Position numbers and translations under genes: made by a program. Below, piece after piece: positions 1 through 12,767 of a stretch of 46,717 bases of DNA; the stretch's first letter is position 1; each line of letters opens with the position of its first letter. Below the pieces are notes generated by a model. It was not told where the DNA came from, ran no database searches, and worked only from the letters and a program-made list of their open reading frames with translations. This DNA is from Octopus bimaculoides (lineage: Eukaryota): positions 141,465,723-141,512,439 of the forward strand of contig NC_068981.1 in assembly GCF_001194135.2 (NCBI RefSeq), read 5' to 3'.

Positions 1-40
<40 letters not shown>

Positions 41-68
41 CATCATTACTATTATTATTATTATTATT
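1..68. repeat. (TTA)n microsatellite
   Basis: Nearly pure TTA repeat with one TCA/CTA interruption, read directly. Confidence 0.95.
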
Positions 69-150
69 GCTTTGTGAAACTTCCAAGGCATTTATCATTA
101 TTACGTTATTTGTGCCTTAAAGTCAGTTTTACCTTGCTATCTTAATAATA

Positions 151-248
151 ATAAGAGCATCACAGCAAACCACAGCATATACCCAAGGCACACAAAGCTG
201 CGCTCGGTAGTGAAGTGAAAGCACGTTATAAAAATTAAACTACTGAAT
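151..248 (+). mobile_element. 3' UTR fragment of an R4/Dong-like non-LTR retrotransposon
   Basis: aagagcatcacagcaaaccacagc...gtgaaagcacgttataaaaattaaactactgaat matches my recollection of the 3' UTR of an abundant octopus RLE-type LINE. Not database-verified. Confidence 0.45.
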
Positions 249-254
249 GCCTAT

Positions 255-1730
255 TATATCTATCCTGAATGTGGTTTTTGTTTGTTCTTTTTGTTGCATG
301 ATTTCCTATCTAGTTCAGTATTTTCAACGTAATTTTTAAAATCTAATTTTAATAAATTACTAATCATCGTATCCATATATCAGTTATATTATCTAACATT
401 TATTTGGATTCTTTTTATCGATAAGATTCTCCTCCATTTGTTTAGCGTGAAGTATTTTTGTTAAACAAATTTCATGTTCATTGCATTACTGAATCCACGG
501 AATATGATTTATCGTATTGCAATGTCTACTTATTACTTTCTTACGTGCAGCACACAACTCTGAGTTATCCATAATTTCAATCCATCAATCGCTGTTTTCT
601 CCAAACATCTAACTTCTGATATTATTGTTATATTATTGTTATTGAAACCAAGTATAATAGAAAATATAGAAGGATATTTCGAGAGTTATTCTTCTACACC
701 TGAATATGGTTTTGGAGTTGAGCCATTGTCCTTTGCGATATTAATGGATTTGTGGTTTAGTATACTGTAAACGGTCAAGAAGTGGTTACAAATTTTACTT
801 TCATTTACTTGTGTGAGTAATAAAATTGTTTTTCACTTTCCCTTTTATACTATTTGGACGTTTGTGTATGTGTGTATAAGTGTGAGTGTGTGTGTGCGTG
901 CGTGTGTGTGTGCGTGCGTGTGTGTTTGTATATATATATATAGCGAGCTACTTTTACTATTGTTACTTCTTTCCACAATTGTTCACGTGCTGCACCTCCT
1001 TGAATGGTTTTAAGAAAATACAACTTTCTTTTTGTCACTACTGTGGCTGCTCTCCTAGATTAATTGATTTATGTTGGTGATATTGTTGTTTGCATCTATC
1101 TATTTTCACGAAGTTTACGGTGTCTATGTTTATGTTTTTTTTAAAGTTATTCCTACATTATCGTTATATGTTATCTCTGGGAGACACTTTCGTCGATATG
1201 CAGAATGATATTCTATCGATTTTAACGTTTTAACTATTTCCACCTGTATATTTTCAACATATTCGACATTTTCAGCTTTACGAAAGTTGATATTCTTAAA
1301 TCTTTCTCATATTTACTTTTATTCGCATTCTACATTATGTCGTCGTAGTTCCGCTTTTGTTACTTATTAAGCTCTAGGTATGCTATTATTTGATTTTATC
1401 TCGTGATCTTGCTGTTTGCATTGGAAGTAATGGGAAACATACTGTTGCCCGCGATTTTCATCAAAATCTTATACATTGTTGGAATTTAGATTATTCTTAA
1501 TATCGATCTATAGCCATTGCAATAAATAATAGGGTATCACACATTCTATTTAGTTTACAACAGGAATCTTCTGATAATCCGAATTCTTGCACAAAGGACT
1601 TTTCTGAACGCAATTTTACGTTGTCATTCTGCATTAAATTTCTTCTTCAACCGGTCTCTTTTGCCTTGTGAATGTGTACACGATTGACACGATCTTAAAA
1701 TTTTATATCGTATTTTATTTGCAGCCATTT
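255..1730 (-). mobile_element. Decayed N-terminal ORF region of an R4/Dong-like (RLE) LINE, interrupted by a (CA)/(TA) microsatellite at about 865-941
   Basis: Minus-strand translation across stops and frameshifts gives ITNINQLI*/AATVVTK (about 1030-1085; like the family motif N.LIYAAA.VVT), RRKCLPEITYNDN and TMYKIL..MFP..QT.R.R.IK.N.II..LEL, which resemble the pre-RT region of R4-clade ORFs. Confidence 0.5.
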
Positions 1731-2532
1731 CAGACGCTAGCTCTAAGTCCTATTACCTTATTGGCGCAGGTCAGTAATATATATATTAGATTTGCTATTT
1801 TGCTATTCTGTTATTCTCCAGTGTAGTTTTTTGCTAAATGATCATCTTCCACATCTCATGTTTCCGTGACAGATATGCCACGTGATTTCTCTTACTTAGT
1901 AAATGAAGTACTTTTACACCATTGAGTATACTCAATGTCCCGCAAATATTAAACTGTACTCACAAGAGTTTGCAGAGAATAATGAAGCTTTCTATTATTT
2001 GTGTATAAAACTGCACAAATATCGCAATTCCCGGAAAATAATACACGCATCTATTTTTGATATATGTGCTTGGGTGAATTTGTCTTACACTTCAACATCA
2101 CACTACTCATGCTTCATCTATACTGTAAAAGTATTCACTGCAGAAAGATATTCTTTGGGTATTGAATCCAATTCAGTTTCTAAGCAGTCATTCATCATAG
2201 GTTTTAATTGATTACTTTCCATGTATCCTCTATTTATTCATTATGAAATGAAATTTCTCCATCCACAAATAGTACACATTGTGCGCAACTGAATATTTCC
2301 TGCTTTTGCCCGTATATTTCTGATTACGAATTTTAGTGCAGCTGAAACTCTTAGGACTACTTTTACTTTTAGATTTTGTACGTTTTATTTCTGATTATAT
2401 GCTTATATAATCACTTAATAATCCTTCTATTATAGCTACAAGGCCTGATTTTGCGAGAAGTTGGTTATATCGAGAAGCTGATTATATTATTAGGAGAAGT
2501 TGATTTTAAGTTGATTATATCGACCCCAATGG

Positions 2533-3775
2533 GGCACTGGGGCCGATATAATCGACACCCCCGTTGAATCCAAACATATGGTGAGTTTAAATGTGGTAAG
2601 TCTCTTCACTAAAGTCCCAACTGGTGAAGAACTATCGGTGATTCAAGAAAAACTAGTGACTGACACCCATATAAAAGAGCGCATTAGTATACCAATAAGA
2701 AACTTGATATAAATGTTGACCTTCTGTGTAACAAATACCTACTTGAGTATGGACACTGATATGTATCGACAAGAAGAGGGTTTTATACATGGAATACTTT
2801 GAGAATTTGTCTTTAGGATCTACACCACTAAAACCAAACCCTATGGCTGCGATATGTTGATGGCACTTTCATACTTTGGCTCCACCAGGAAGATGTCCAA
2901 GTGCTGTTAGATAATGTGAACTCAATAAAGCCATCCATACAATTCACAATGGAAAAAGAAAAAGACAAGCAGCTAGCATTCCTGGACGTATTAATAACAC
3001 ACACCTAGTATGGATTCAAGACATCCGTATACCGCAAGCCGACCTTCACTGGACGATACCTCAACTTCAACTCCCCCCATCCATACAGTGTAAAGAGAAG
3101 GATTGCTCACTGCCTAAAACATCGAGCAATGAATATAAGTAGCGATCGTGATACCTACCATGAAGAAATGATCAAGCTCAGTAACAATCTACTAAGCAAC
3201 AATTTCTCAAAAAAAAACATACACTCCACTCTAATTTGGAAGAAAAAAAGAAGGGATGAAACCGATAGACTGTCTTCCCTATGAGAAAGGCCTCTCCAAA
3301 GAGATGCAAAAGATATGCGGCCCATATGACATACAAAACTTCACAAAAATCTCCTTCGAGTAAAGCCACCAATAGAAGAGAATATGATTAACAACTGCGT
3401 GTACTCCATCCCATGCAGCTGTGGTAGGTTATACAAAGACGAAGCATGCCACCCCCATCAAAAAAAAAATGGGGTAGAGGAATATCGCAAAGCTCTGACA
3501 CGGTAAGATATTAATAAATNNNNNNNNNNNNNNNNNNNNNNNNNNNNTGTTATAGTTGATCGTGTATGGAAAAATGGAGACCACCTCCCCCTGTGGGATG
3601 AAGCTAAAATAATAAACATAGAACACCACTGGAAAATACAAAAAACTAAAAGAAGTACATATGCTAGGACACAACAACCTCCTAAGCAGACCGAGTGCAG
3701 ATATGAGCAGCATATGGGAACTGGTATTAAGGAAGGAGTGGAGAATATTAGATTTATAAGCCCTAAAATTCACTC
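2533..3775 (+). mobile_element. Penelope-like element (Penelope/Poseidon-type): RT plus GIY-YIG endonuclease, pseudogenised and 5'-truncated
   Basis: Translation gives VSLNVVSLFTKVP (2581-2619), LWLRYVDGTFILW (2841 on; YVDD mutated to YVDG), QFTMEKEKDKQLAFLDVLI, TSVYRKPTFTGRYLNFNSPHP and NCVYSIPCSCGRLYK (GIY-YIG, about 3392-3436). Multiple stops and frameshifts. Confidence 0.9.
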
Positions 3776-3788
3776 CGTAATTGCCTAC

Positions 3789-3840
3789 GGTCATATAGCG
3801 TAGTGGTTAAAAGTGGAGGCTACTAAACCCGAGATTCCGA
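3789..3840 (+). promoter_or_regulatory. tRNA-like head with a Pol III A-box; no recognisable B-box in this copy
   Basis: ggtcata-TAGCGTAGTGG-ttaa (A-box TRGCNNARYGG at 3796-3806), then an anticodon-loop-like ctactaa. The sequence diverges where a B-box is expected. Confidence 0.55.
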
Positions 3841-3883
3841 TAGAATGTTAGTGTCAAAGAAAACCTAGTGAAGTTCTTTATAA

Positions 3884-3945
3884 TCATAATAATAATAATA
3901 ATAACAACACCAACAACAACAACACTAACAACAACAACAACAACA
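3884..3945. repeat. (AAT)n/(AAC)n compound microsatellite
   Basis: Direct reading. Confidence 0.9.
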
Positions 3946-3992
3946 TCGAAAAATACCTTAGGAATGAGAATCCAGGCTGGAAATTTCCCCAA

Positions 3993-4039
3993 GACACCTG
4001 ATGAAGGCTGGAAGGTTGTGTCAGCCGAAACGTTGTGTT
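3993..4039 (+). ncRNA. Minimal type I hammerhead ribozyme motif (Penelope-associated type)
   Basis: Stem I gacac(3993-97)/gtgtt(4035-39); core CTGATGA (3998-4004) plus one extra A; stem II ggctg(4006-10)/cagcc(4022-26); GAAA (4027-30); palindromic ACGT in place of stem III; predicted GUU cleavage after 4034. Confidence 0.75.
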
Positions 4040-4689
4040 AACAACAAACAAGATGAGGACAAATATCCGTCAATTGAAAATAATGTACGTAATTCCTCAT
4101 CTCTTAAATATAGAACTGTCTTTTCTCTCTTTACTTTTCATCTCTTCAATTTAGTCCTTCTAATCCAAACCAACACTTATTTTCCTCTTTCCTCTTTATC
4201 TTCCACTACCTTATTCATATTGCCTCTCTTCACTCCTCGTAGCGATACCATTTTTTCAGTGTTCTGCTTTGTTATAACTAAACTTAGTGGCCTGTCACAA
4301 TTTCACCTTCTCTACTACAAGTAAAGAAATTACATAAATTGTTATGAAGCGCTTGATTTTGAATATGTTTTCATTGGTTTAGTCATGAACTTTTAGGATC
4401 CATACGAAACTACAGTCTAAAAGACAGATGAGAACTCGACTCAAGCGTTGGTGTTAGGAAACCAAAGCATCTCAAATATAGTGCTATTCCGATACCGAAT
4501 CTAAATGCTGCCGACAAACTGAACATGTTTAAATAAAGCAGAAATATAATGGTTTGTTATAGCATGTGGAAAAAAGTCTACTGGCAATGTCCATATGAGG
4601 ATTTCATTAAAGGTGTTCCCTTTACAATATCTTAATCATGAAATTATAACTGACCCAACAAAATAAAAGAAGACACTTACACAATGTAA

Positions 4690-4750
4690 AGTGGTATAGG
4701 ATCAAACCGGGAATTACATGATTGAAAAGCGAACTTCTTAACTCTATGAC
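4690..4750 (-). mobile_element. Degenerate 5' fragment of an OR2-like SINE
   Basis: Reverse complement gttaagaagttcgcttttcaatcatgtaattcccggtttgatcc resembles the head of the 36438 copy. Confidence 0.35.
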
Positions 4751-5602
4751 TATAACTTCTTAAGAGAAGTAAAAAGGAAAAAAATGCCATTTCTTCTGAT
4801 CTTCCTTTCATTTAAGAATAAGCATCTTATATTTCAATCCAGTAAGAAACCAATATATTCACATATTATATTCACTGCAAGTAGGGCAACTAAATAGCTG
4901 ACCTGCATTTTTTAACATGACTTGGAATTGCTAATCAATAAAAAGTTAGAAGAAATTTCTGCATAACTGATGCAGAGTTTCATTGATTCATCTTACAAGA
5001 TTGACGGACGTAATATAAATAAGAGAAACAATGATTTCCTTCTCTAATGCTCTTCATATTTTCCTCCTTCCTTTGGGGATACGTCAAAAGATAAGCTTTT
5101 CAGCAGTATCTAGACAACATTAATGATGTGTAAAACGACATTAGGAAATAAATCAATGACAATCCCTGATAACTATTTCAGAAGGCATGTCATAGTGTAT
5201 TAGAGATTTTTCTAGTTAGATATTGACAGTAATGGCCAACAATTGGACGATAAACTGAGATATCTAGTGTTCAGTTGTGTTATCAAAATTGATGTCATTC
5301 ATAAAACTCTGCTGCACCCAGGGATGAGCTTGTTATATTCACAGCATTTCTTTTCTGTGGTTTTTCCTATCTCTTTCTCTGTATATCTATCTACATCTAT
5401 ATATCTAAGGGGCTATCTAAAAATTTCTCTCTATCTATCTTTCACATCTCACACTCTCTGTCAATGAGTTAATGCACACGTTTATATAACCACGTACTTT
5501 AATACGGCATATTGTTTATGGTTTATCTCAACGCTACTTAGTGCGTTGCCTCTCCATTACCGACGCTCGCTTAATAATTCTCTCTTCCTTTATGTTATTT
5601 CC

Positions 5603-5639
<37 letters not shown>

Positions 5640-6418
5640 NNNNNNNNNNNNNNNNNNNNNNNNNNNNNNNNNNNNNNNNNNNNNNNNNNNNNNNNNNNNN
5701 NNNNNNNNNNNNNNNNNNNNNNNNNNNNNNNNNNNNNNNNNNNNNNNNNNNNNNNNNNNNNNNNNNNNNNNNNNNNNNNNNNNNNNNNNNNNNNNNNNNN
5801 NNNNNNNNNNNNNNNNNNNNNNNNNNNNNNNNNNNNNNNNNNNNNNNNNNNNNNNNNNNNNNNNNNNNNNNNNNNNNNNNNNNNNNNNNNNNNNNNNNNN
5901 NNNNNNNNNNNNNNNNNNNNNNNNNNNNNNNNNNNNNNNNNNNNNNNNNNNNNNNNNNNNNNNNNNNNNNNNNNNNNNNNNNNNNNNNNNNNNNNNNNNN
6001 NNNNNNNNTATATATATATATATATATATGTAGGTATACATAAACGTACATACCGGCATACATACATGCATACTTATATATATATATGTGTGTGTTTATG
6101 TGTGTGTGTATATATACTTATATATATAGAGAGAGAGAGCGAGAGATCTGTATATATATATGTGTATATGCAACTAGTGCATAAGATGTATACAACAGAT
6201 GAACGCAGTAACAAAGACCTCGTAACACAGTACAAGAATAGAATAAAATAAATAACATAATATAAAGACAGTAATTTTAAAAACACGTCCCCATCAATGT
6301 CACGTTACAAGATTTAACTCGCGAACTAGCTCTTTAATGACCAATGCAATGTATAAATTCCACTGAAATGTGGAAGTCGTAAATTAACGATTGTAACTGC
6401 TCCAGTAACTGTACGCAC

Positions 6419-6475
6419 CAATAAAACACACTACTGCCGTTGTCACATGCAACAGCAAGTAAGAACGGCAGAGCT
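6419..6475 (-). other. Candidate 57-nt internal exon of an unidentified host gene
   Basis: Acceptor tgtttgttttattatgcag, donor TG|gtgcgt, length divisible by 3, open in two phases (xLCRSYLLLHVTTAVVCFI or ALPFLLAVACDNGSSVFY), GC visibly higher than the flanks. No homology support. Confidence 0.25.
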
Positions 6476-6591
6476 CTGCATAATAAAACAAACATTCTAA
6501 CAAGTGATCAATAATTAAGTAAATACACACACATATACATATAATAAATATATATATATGTATGTATGCATACATGTGCATATCACTCTCA

Positions 6592-6625
<34 letters not shown>

Positions 6626-6986
6626 GTCTCTCTCTCTCTCTCTNNNNNNNNNNNNNNNNNNNNNNNNNNNNNNNNNNNNNNNNNNNNNNNNNNNNNNNNN
6701 NNNNNNNNNNNNNNNNNNNNNNNNNNNNNNNNNNNNNNNNNNNNNNNNNNNNNNNNNNNNNNNNNNNNNNNNNNNNNNNNNNNNNNNNNNNNNNNNNNNN
6801 NNNNNNNNNNNNNNNNNNNNNNNNNNNNNNNNNNNNNNNNNNNNNNNNNNNNNNNNNNNNNNNNNNNNNNNNNNNNNNNNNNNNNNNNNNNNNNNNNNNN
6901 NNNNNNNNNNNNNNNNNNNNNNNNNNNNNNNNNNNNNNNNNNNNNNNNNNNNNNNNNNNNNNNNNNNNNNNNNNNNNNNNNNNNNN

Positions 6987-7025
<39 letters not shown>

Positions 7026-8114
7026 GCATATATATACACATACACACCTATATATATATGTGTGTGTGTGTGTGTAAGTGCGTGTGTATATAAATGATAC
7101 AAGCTGTCGACGACGCCACACATCTAATATGAGTGAAGCCTCTACATCAGCTCACATCCATGAATAACTAGCGAATATCAGCAGTTAGTGAAACGTTGGC
7201 AGGCATATGCAACTCAATATATTGGACTATTTCCTTAGCTTGGACATTCATTTTATGCTGTACCCTAGCAGTCATTACTGAACATATTACAAATTTCAAA
7301 GCAGCATGTGATCTATAGGCTTTTCATGAAGGTCTATAACCACGAAGAACAACCCCAGCTGCCATCTACACATGCCTATCTGATGGAAGCGACAAACGTT
7401 TCAATATCTAGAAACTCATTTGTGTAGATCGTATAAATGCCCCACTTAATGATTAGGTAACCTTTGCAAAATCTGTTAGTGTGCCTTGGACATTTAGTAC
7501 TACAAACAGTATCGGCAAACCAAAAATATCAATGACCACTTGGCGACTTGTTGATTATCATGAGAAATAAAAAAGCAAAAACAGACGGTATGCAGAGTGC
7601 CTGGCTTAAACATTACCAATCCATTGTATATCTTGGGATGTACAATGTCAAGTTACTCATGAATGATGTACGGTGACAAGTTTTTGCTGGGGTACTTACA
7701 GGTTTAATCAGCGACCTAATTGTTTCCAAGTGAAATGGAATGGCGAGGAGTGAATTTGTGGAGCTAATGCGTGTACATCACCAATCAGGAAAGAATGGTC
7801 AGGGGACGTCATGAAGGAATGGATTTCTCATTAGCATGAAAATGATTTAGCATGTAGCGGAAATAAAAGGTGCCAATGAATGAGTAAAGATGACTTCGTG
7901 AAATTTAACATATGAGAAAATAACGAGTAAGTCGAATAAGACTACAAGGACGGCACTCGCTCGTGTAAGTGAATTATATATGCATCTGAATTCACTATTA
8001 TATTTAAAAAAAGGTCTAAAAACACAACAATGATATGAATGAAGACAAATGATAGTGGAGTTCGCAAGATATCAGCTACATCATCAAAGAAAGGAAATCA
8101 ATGAAAATGCATAT

Positions 8115-8121
8115 ATATGTG

Positions 8122-8170
<49 letters not shown>

Positions 8171-8215
8171 TTGTGTGTATAGTAGTAGTAGTAGTAGTAG
8201 TAGTAGTAATAGTAG
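8115..8215. repeat. (TA)n-(TG)n-(TAG)n compound microsatellite
   Basis: Direct reading. Confidence 0.9.
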
Positions 8216-9699
8216 TACTTTTTGTTGTTGTTTTAGTAGTGGCAGTAAGGTGACTAGCGTTGAAGTCCTCAACTTGAAGAACAAACGTTACACTATGACG
8301 TATGCGGTGTAAAATATTATTAAAAAATAATAAAAGCTGTTGAAATCCTAATATTTATTGAAAAGATTTTATTTTTCTCTGTTAAATTGTAGCTAGTAGG
8401 TCTCTCGGTTATATGTCATCTGGGATAAATGATGTTATCAAATTTCGTCTCATTGTTACAATCAATATTTAAACAAATTTCCCTTTGCATTCAAGTATCA
8501 GTGTTAACGCATTCTACAGCGAATAGGGAGATATTTCATAAAGTTTCTTATTCTCTCTTCAATGATGGACACTATTCAAAACATTATGATACATAACAAT
8601 AAAACACTACCATATAAAAATCAACGTGGCATGTTCCAATAAATTTTCCACTTAAATCGCACAGAGAAAATTCCCTCAAAATATTGAATTTAGCTTAATG
8701 GATCGTAAAATAAAATACACTGCTAAAACTGCAGCAACAAAATCGAGTAAAAAATTCTCATAAGCTATGCTCCTAGCGTAATTCTACGCTTGATCTGTTG
8801 CACAAAATTAAACAGAACCAACAGCGTTCAAATATAGTTGCATATTTACAACTATAGCTAATTTCAAAAAAAATTACTACATATTTCTAAGCTAGCTTCT
8901 AATAATATCGTCTCAGGCATTCAATAAACAAGTAATTGTGTTACTTTCGTTTTAATTCTGTAAACCCGTCTAATATATGCCATAGGAAAATTTCAACGTT
9001 TTTGATTAATAATATACACTTTTGACAAGCATAGAATACAAAAATGTTTTTAGCTGTTTCTAACTTATATTCTCCATTGCTTATTTGATTGTGCTTCCAT
9101 TGTTTTTGTCTTCCTATTTTCTAACAAATCCGTAAAATAGCAAATGGGAAGCTGTCAAAATATCATTCTAAATATTATAAAGTAAAATGCCAAAAGCCAT
9201 GTGAATTCAATAGCTGGCAAACAACTTAAATATCTCACTTGATCGAATTAAACAACGATTGAAATTGCTGAAATAGGTAACACATACATTCACCAATCGG
9301 TCACGTCTTTAAAATAATTATCTGTTCGCGATGGTCATAACCTAAAGTAACATTTTTTTATATAAATAAACAAATCTGACAATTTGCCGATAGGTCAACA
9401 TAAGAATCAGAATCACAAACTCATTATGACATTTCTGACCATCGTATAAAATCAATTAAGAGAATCAGTATAGCATTTTTTTTTCAGACAGAGCGGAAAT
9501 TGATATTTTTATATCATCAGTATGTGATATATAATTCTGCGTGTGGACGTACGGATGCATATCAGTGTGCATGTATTTCAACAGTGCTTTTACAACTTCA
9601 ACTTCTGTTTTGATTTTTCTCTTCCTACCCCACATACACTAACTGTGTCATCGGGTCTCCTCAGTTCTTCGTCTAGTCATTATATACACGTTGTATGTA

Positions 9700-10270
9700 C
9701 ACACGACATCAATAAAACCCACAGGAGCTTGCCAAGGCGTCTACGAGCCTCACATTATCCTTTCCTATTCGAGTATTGAACCCACTCATCGGTTTTAACA
9801 CCGTGTACGCATTTTGCTTCCTGCAGCTTGACTCAAGCGCTCACCGTTTCCCCACTAATATATCTTCTAATATAACTTACCAAAATAGGAAACATATTCG
9901 ATCATAGCTCTTCCAACTCTTGCCTTTCTTGGTTCTTCAATTTATCTGTTCCGTTGTCAAATAATTCCGTTGCTCACTATCACCACCTTTCTTGAATCTT
10001 CAATCTGCATTTTTACGAACGTCATCTAATACTGTAATGCTCTCATTATGATGCTTTATATTCTTGTAAATCCGAAAGAATCTTCGCAGAGCGATTCACG
10101 ATATATCACCCAGCTAACCTGTTCGGGAAAGATATCACAGGCTGTCCCAATTTCCATCCACGGACCACTCAACAGAACCGGTTATCTCGCTTGGTTTGGG
10201 CTGCCCACGAAAGCAGTATTTCATCTTCGCTCTCGAAATATATGCCTTCTCCAAGCCCATATAAAGAAAC
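9700..10270 (-). mobile_element. Decayed LINE AP-endonuclease fragment
   Basis: Minus strand gives VLKPMSGFNTRIGKDN (like IVMGDFNARIGKDN), preceded by YCFRGQPKPSEITGSV (like Y.FFW.G.......GVG). Many stops. Confidence 0.4.
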
Positions 10271-10919
10271 TCCTCCAGATTTCTCATACAATATATACCT
10301 ACACGTACACACATATATACATACACTAACACAAGTGTGTCATTAAATTCTCCCTTCTTCAATGAAGCACCCCGTTTACAGAACATTCAACTTCCAGTGA
10401 GCCACCAGGTAGCAGGTAGTCCAACATAAAGGGTCTGTTCCAGCAGGTATTTTGTTAACAGTAACAGGTCTCTTTGTTTTAAAATGCCAAGCATCTATTG
10501 TTTGACTTTGACAAATGTATGTATGTATGTATGTATGTATGTATGTATATATGTATGTATGTATGTTTCTCTTTACGTTACTTTTCTTAAGCCTCGTTCA
10601 GTACTAGAAATTATGGTAGTGTTCACGCTTTGAAACATTGCAACATACTGTATCCCCGTGTAACGTTCCACTGGAAGTTTGGTCATGCTAAATTGTCTCC
10701 CTGGTTAAAAATAAATACTTTCCATTACATAGACATTCATATAGTTTTCTTTTACATTTTCCCTGAAAAATATTTTGCTTCACCAACGTTATATATAATT
10801 CAATAAATTCAGATTAACTTGCTCCCTCACCCTTTTCCTTGTATTTTCTGTCTGCCTCTCATTATCTTCTTCGTACGTACAAATACCAACATATGTATAT
10901 ATGTGTTTTGGCAGGTTCC

Positions 10920-11040
10920 TTAGAGTGTCTGAGAAATTACATTGCTCTAGTCAATTCGGCTTTCTTTGCTCTGGGTTCAAATCATGCTAAATGACTTCAT
11001 CCTTTCAGCGTTTCAGAGTCGACAGAAATAGCAGCACAAC
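10920..11040 (+). mobile_element. Highly degenerate SINE family C fragment
   Basis: ctgggttcaaatcatgc...catcctttcagcgtttcagagtcgacag resembles the B-box and body of the 24255-24474 copy. Confidence 0.3.
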
Positions 11041-11240
11041 TATATTTCTCTCTGTATCTCTAAGCCTTTCTCTTTGAATCTGTTGTGGTCAGATCTGGAG
11101 AGCTGTAGTCTCTGCTACTCTGTATACCCCACTAAAACCAATAATATACATAGTCTATGTATCAATCTATCTGTCTGTGTCTCTTTATACAGACAGACAC
11201 ACACATACACACAGAGACAAACACACACTCACGCACATAC

Positions 11241-11287
<47 letters not shown>

Positions 11288-11844
11288 CAAATAAATATTA
11301 AAGAGAACTACAAAGATGCCAAGAATTTGTTTGATCATAGAGGTGGAAAACAGTAATGAATAAAAATAGTAATTTTAAATATCAATACAACAGAAGACGT
11401 AGAGGAAAAAGAAGCAAACATTAGAAATAAAACGCCTTCGAGAAATCGTGCGATATCTGCATAAGGTCAGGAGAGAATTTGATAATTTTTTTTTTTAAAT
11501 CTAAAGAAAACTCAAAAATATTTTAAAATAATTACAAGTCCCCTCCGCTATAAATGAGAAAAAAAAATGAACGGATACAATATGTTCACTAAAGAAGTTT
11601 TGTAAAATACATCTAATATTTATTGCTTAGAAATATATTTGGAAACAAATTTTAATTCATATATAATTCACAATTCTCTAATATTTTACGAAAGAGAAAA
11701 AATCCATATCCAACATAAAGTCAAGTATTGACAAAATGAAAAATATATTCCTTACAAAATTTGCAGGGCAGCTAAGCAACGCACAAAAAATCCCAACTCT
11801 NNNNNNNNNNNNNNNNNNNNNNNNNNNNNNNNNNNNNNNNNNAC

Positions 11845-11883
<39 letters not shown>

Positions 11884-12767
11884 TGAGAGAGGGACTGGAG
11901 AACTATAGAGAGACAGGCACACCGATCGCTGGATAAATACAGTCATATATACATACACATGCACACACACAAACACACAAACTCATATTTATCTATATTG
12001 CATATGCTTCCATCCACAACTGCTTCATTTAGGCTGAAAAGAAACAGAATTTCTTTAGGAAATTAGACTTGAATTCACGGGGCCTAGTGACCTAGACTTA
12101 ACAAATAATAATTATTTATATCACATTATGAAGAAACCAAATTAGTTGCCTATTTCGTATATTGAAAATGTCATTAAGATTGTCTCCGTTATCAGAAAAT
12201 AAACAAAAGAATGACCGTTTCATTCTGATATTTTGAAGTTTTCATATTAGCATTTTCTATGTGTCGATGTGTAAGAAATCATACCATTATAGCCTTTCGA
12301 GTATTTCTCAAAGAATATTGCCTTGATCAACAATATTCTTTGTCCAACTTTTAAAATTTCAACGCCGTATATTGAAGGCATTACAATTACACCAGTTGAA
12401 GCATGGTGAGAACTACTGAATGCAAATACACCAGGTTGAGTCTACTCTTTCGGATATATAGAAATGTGTATCATGGTATATATATATATATATATATATA
12501 TATANNNNNNNNNNNNNNNNNNNNNNNNNNNNNNNNNNNNNNNNNNNNNNNNNNNNNNNNNNNNNNNNNNNNNNNNNNNNNNNNNNNNNNNNNNNNNNNN
12601 NNNNNNNNNNNNNNNNNNNNNNNNNNNNNNNNNNNNNNNNNNNNNNNNNNNNNNNNNNNNNNNNNNNNNNNNNNNNNNNNNNNNNNNNNNNNNGTCGACC
12701 AAAGCCTTGTGTATAGATTTGTTAGATAGAAACTGGAAGTAGCCTGTCGTATATATATATATATATA

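Noticed and set aside
1490-1560. Minus-strand CKLNRMCDTLLFIAMAIDRY resembling GPCR TM3/DRY, plus LIYGY..F near 330-375
   Set aside because: Cys-to-DRY spacing is about 7 residues too short, no other TM helices can be assembled, and the region fits an R4-like LINE ORF better.
5534-7123. Long ORFs of 150-245 aa in the track (also around 12400, 21300, 29300, 36800, 38600 and 43500)
   Set aside because: They are open only because they run through N-gaps and (TA)/(CA)/(GA) repeats.
10135-10386. ORF ending VDGNW, superficially like a sushi/CCP domain
   Set aside because: Required cysteines are missing, there are no splice signals, and it is continuous with a LINE endonuclease-like relic.
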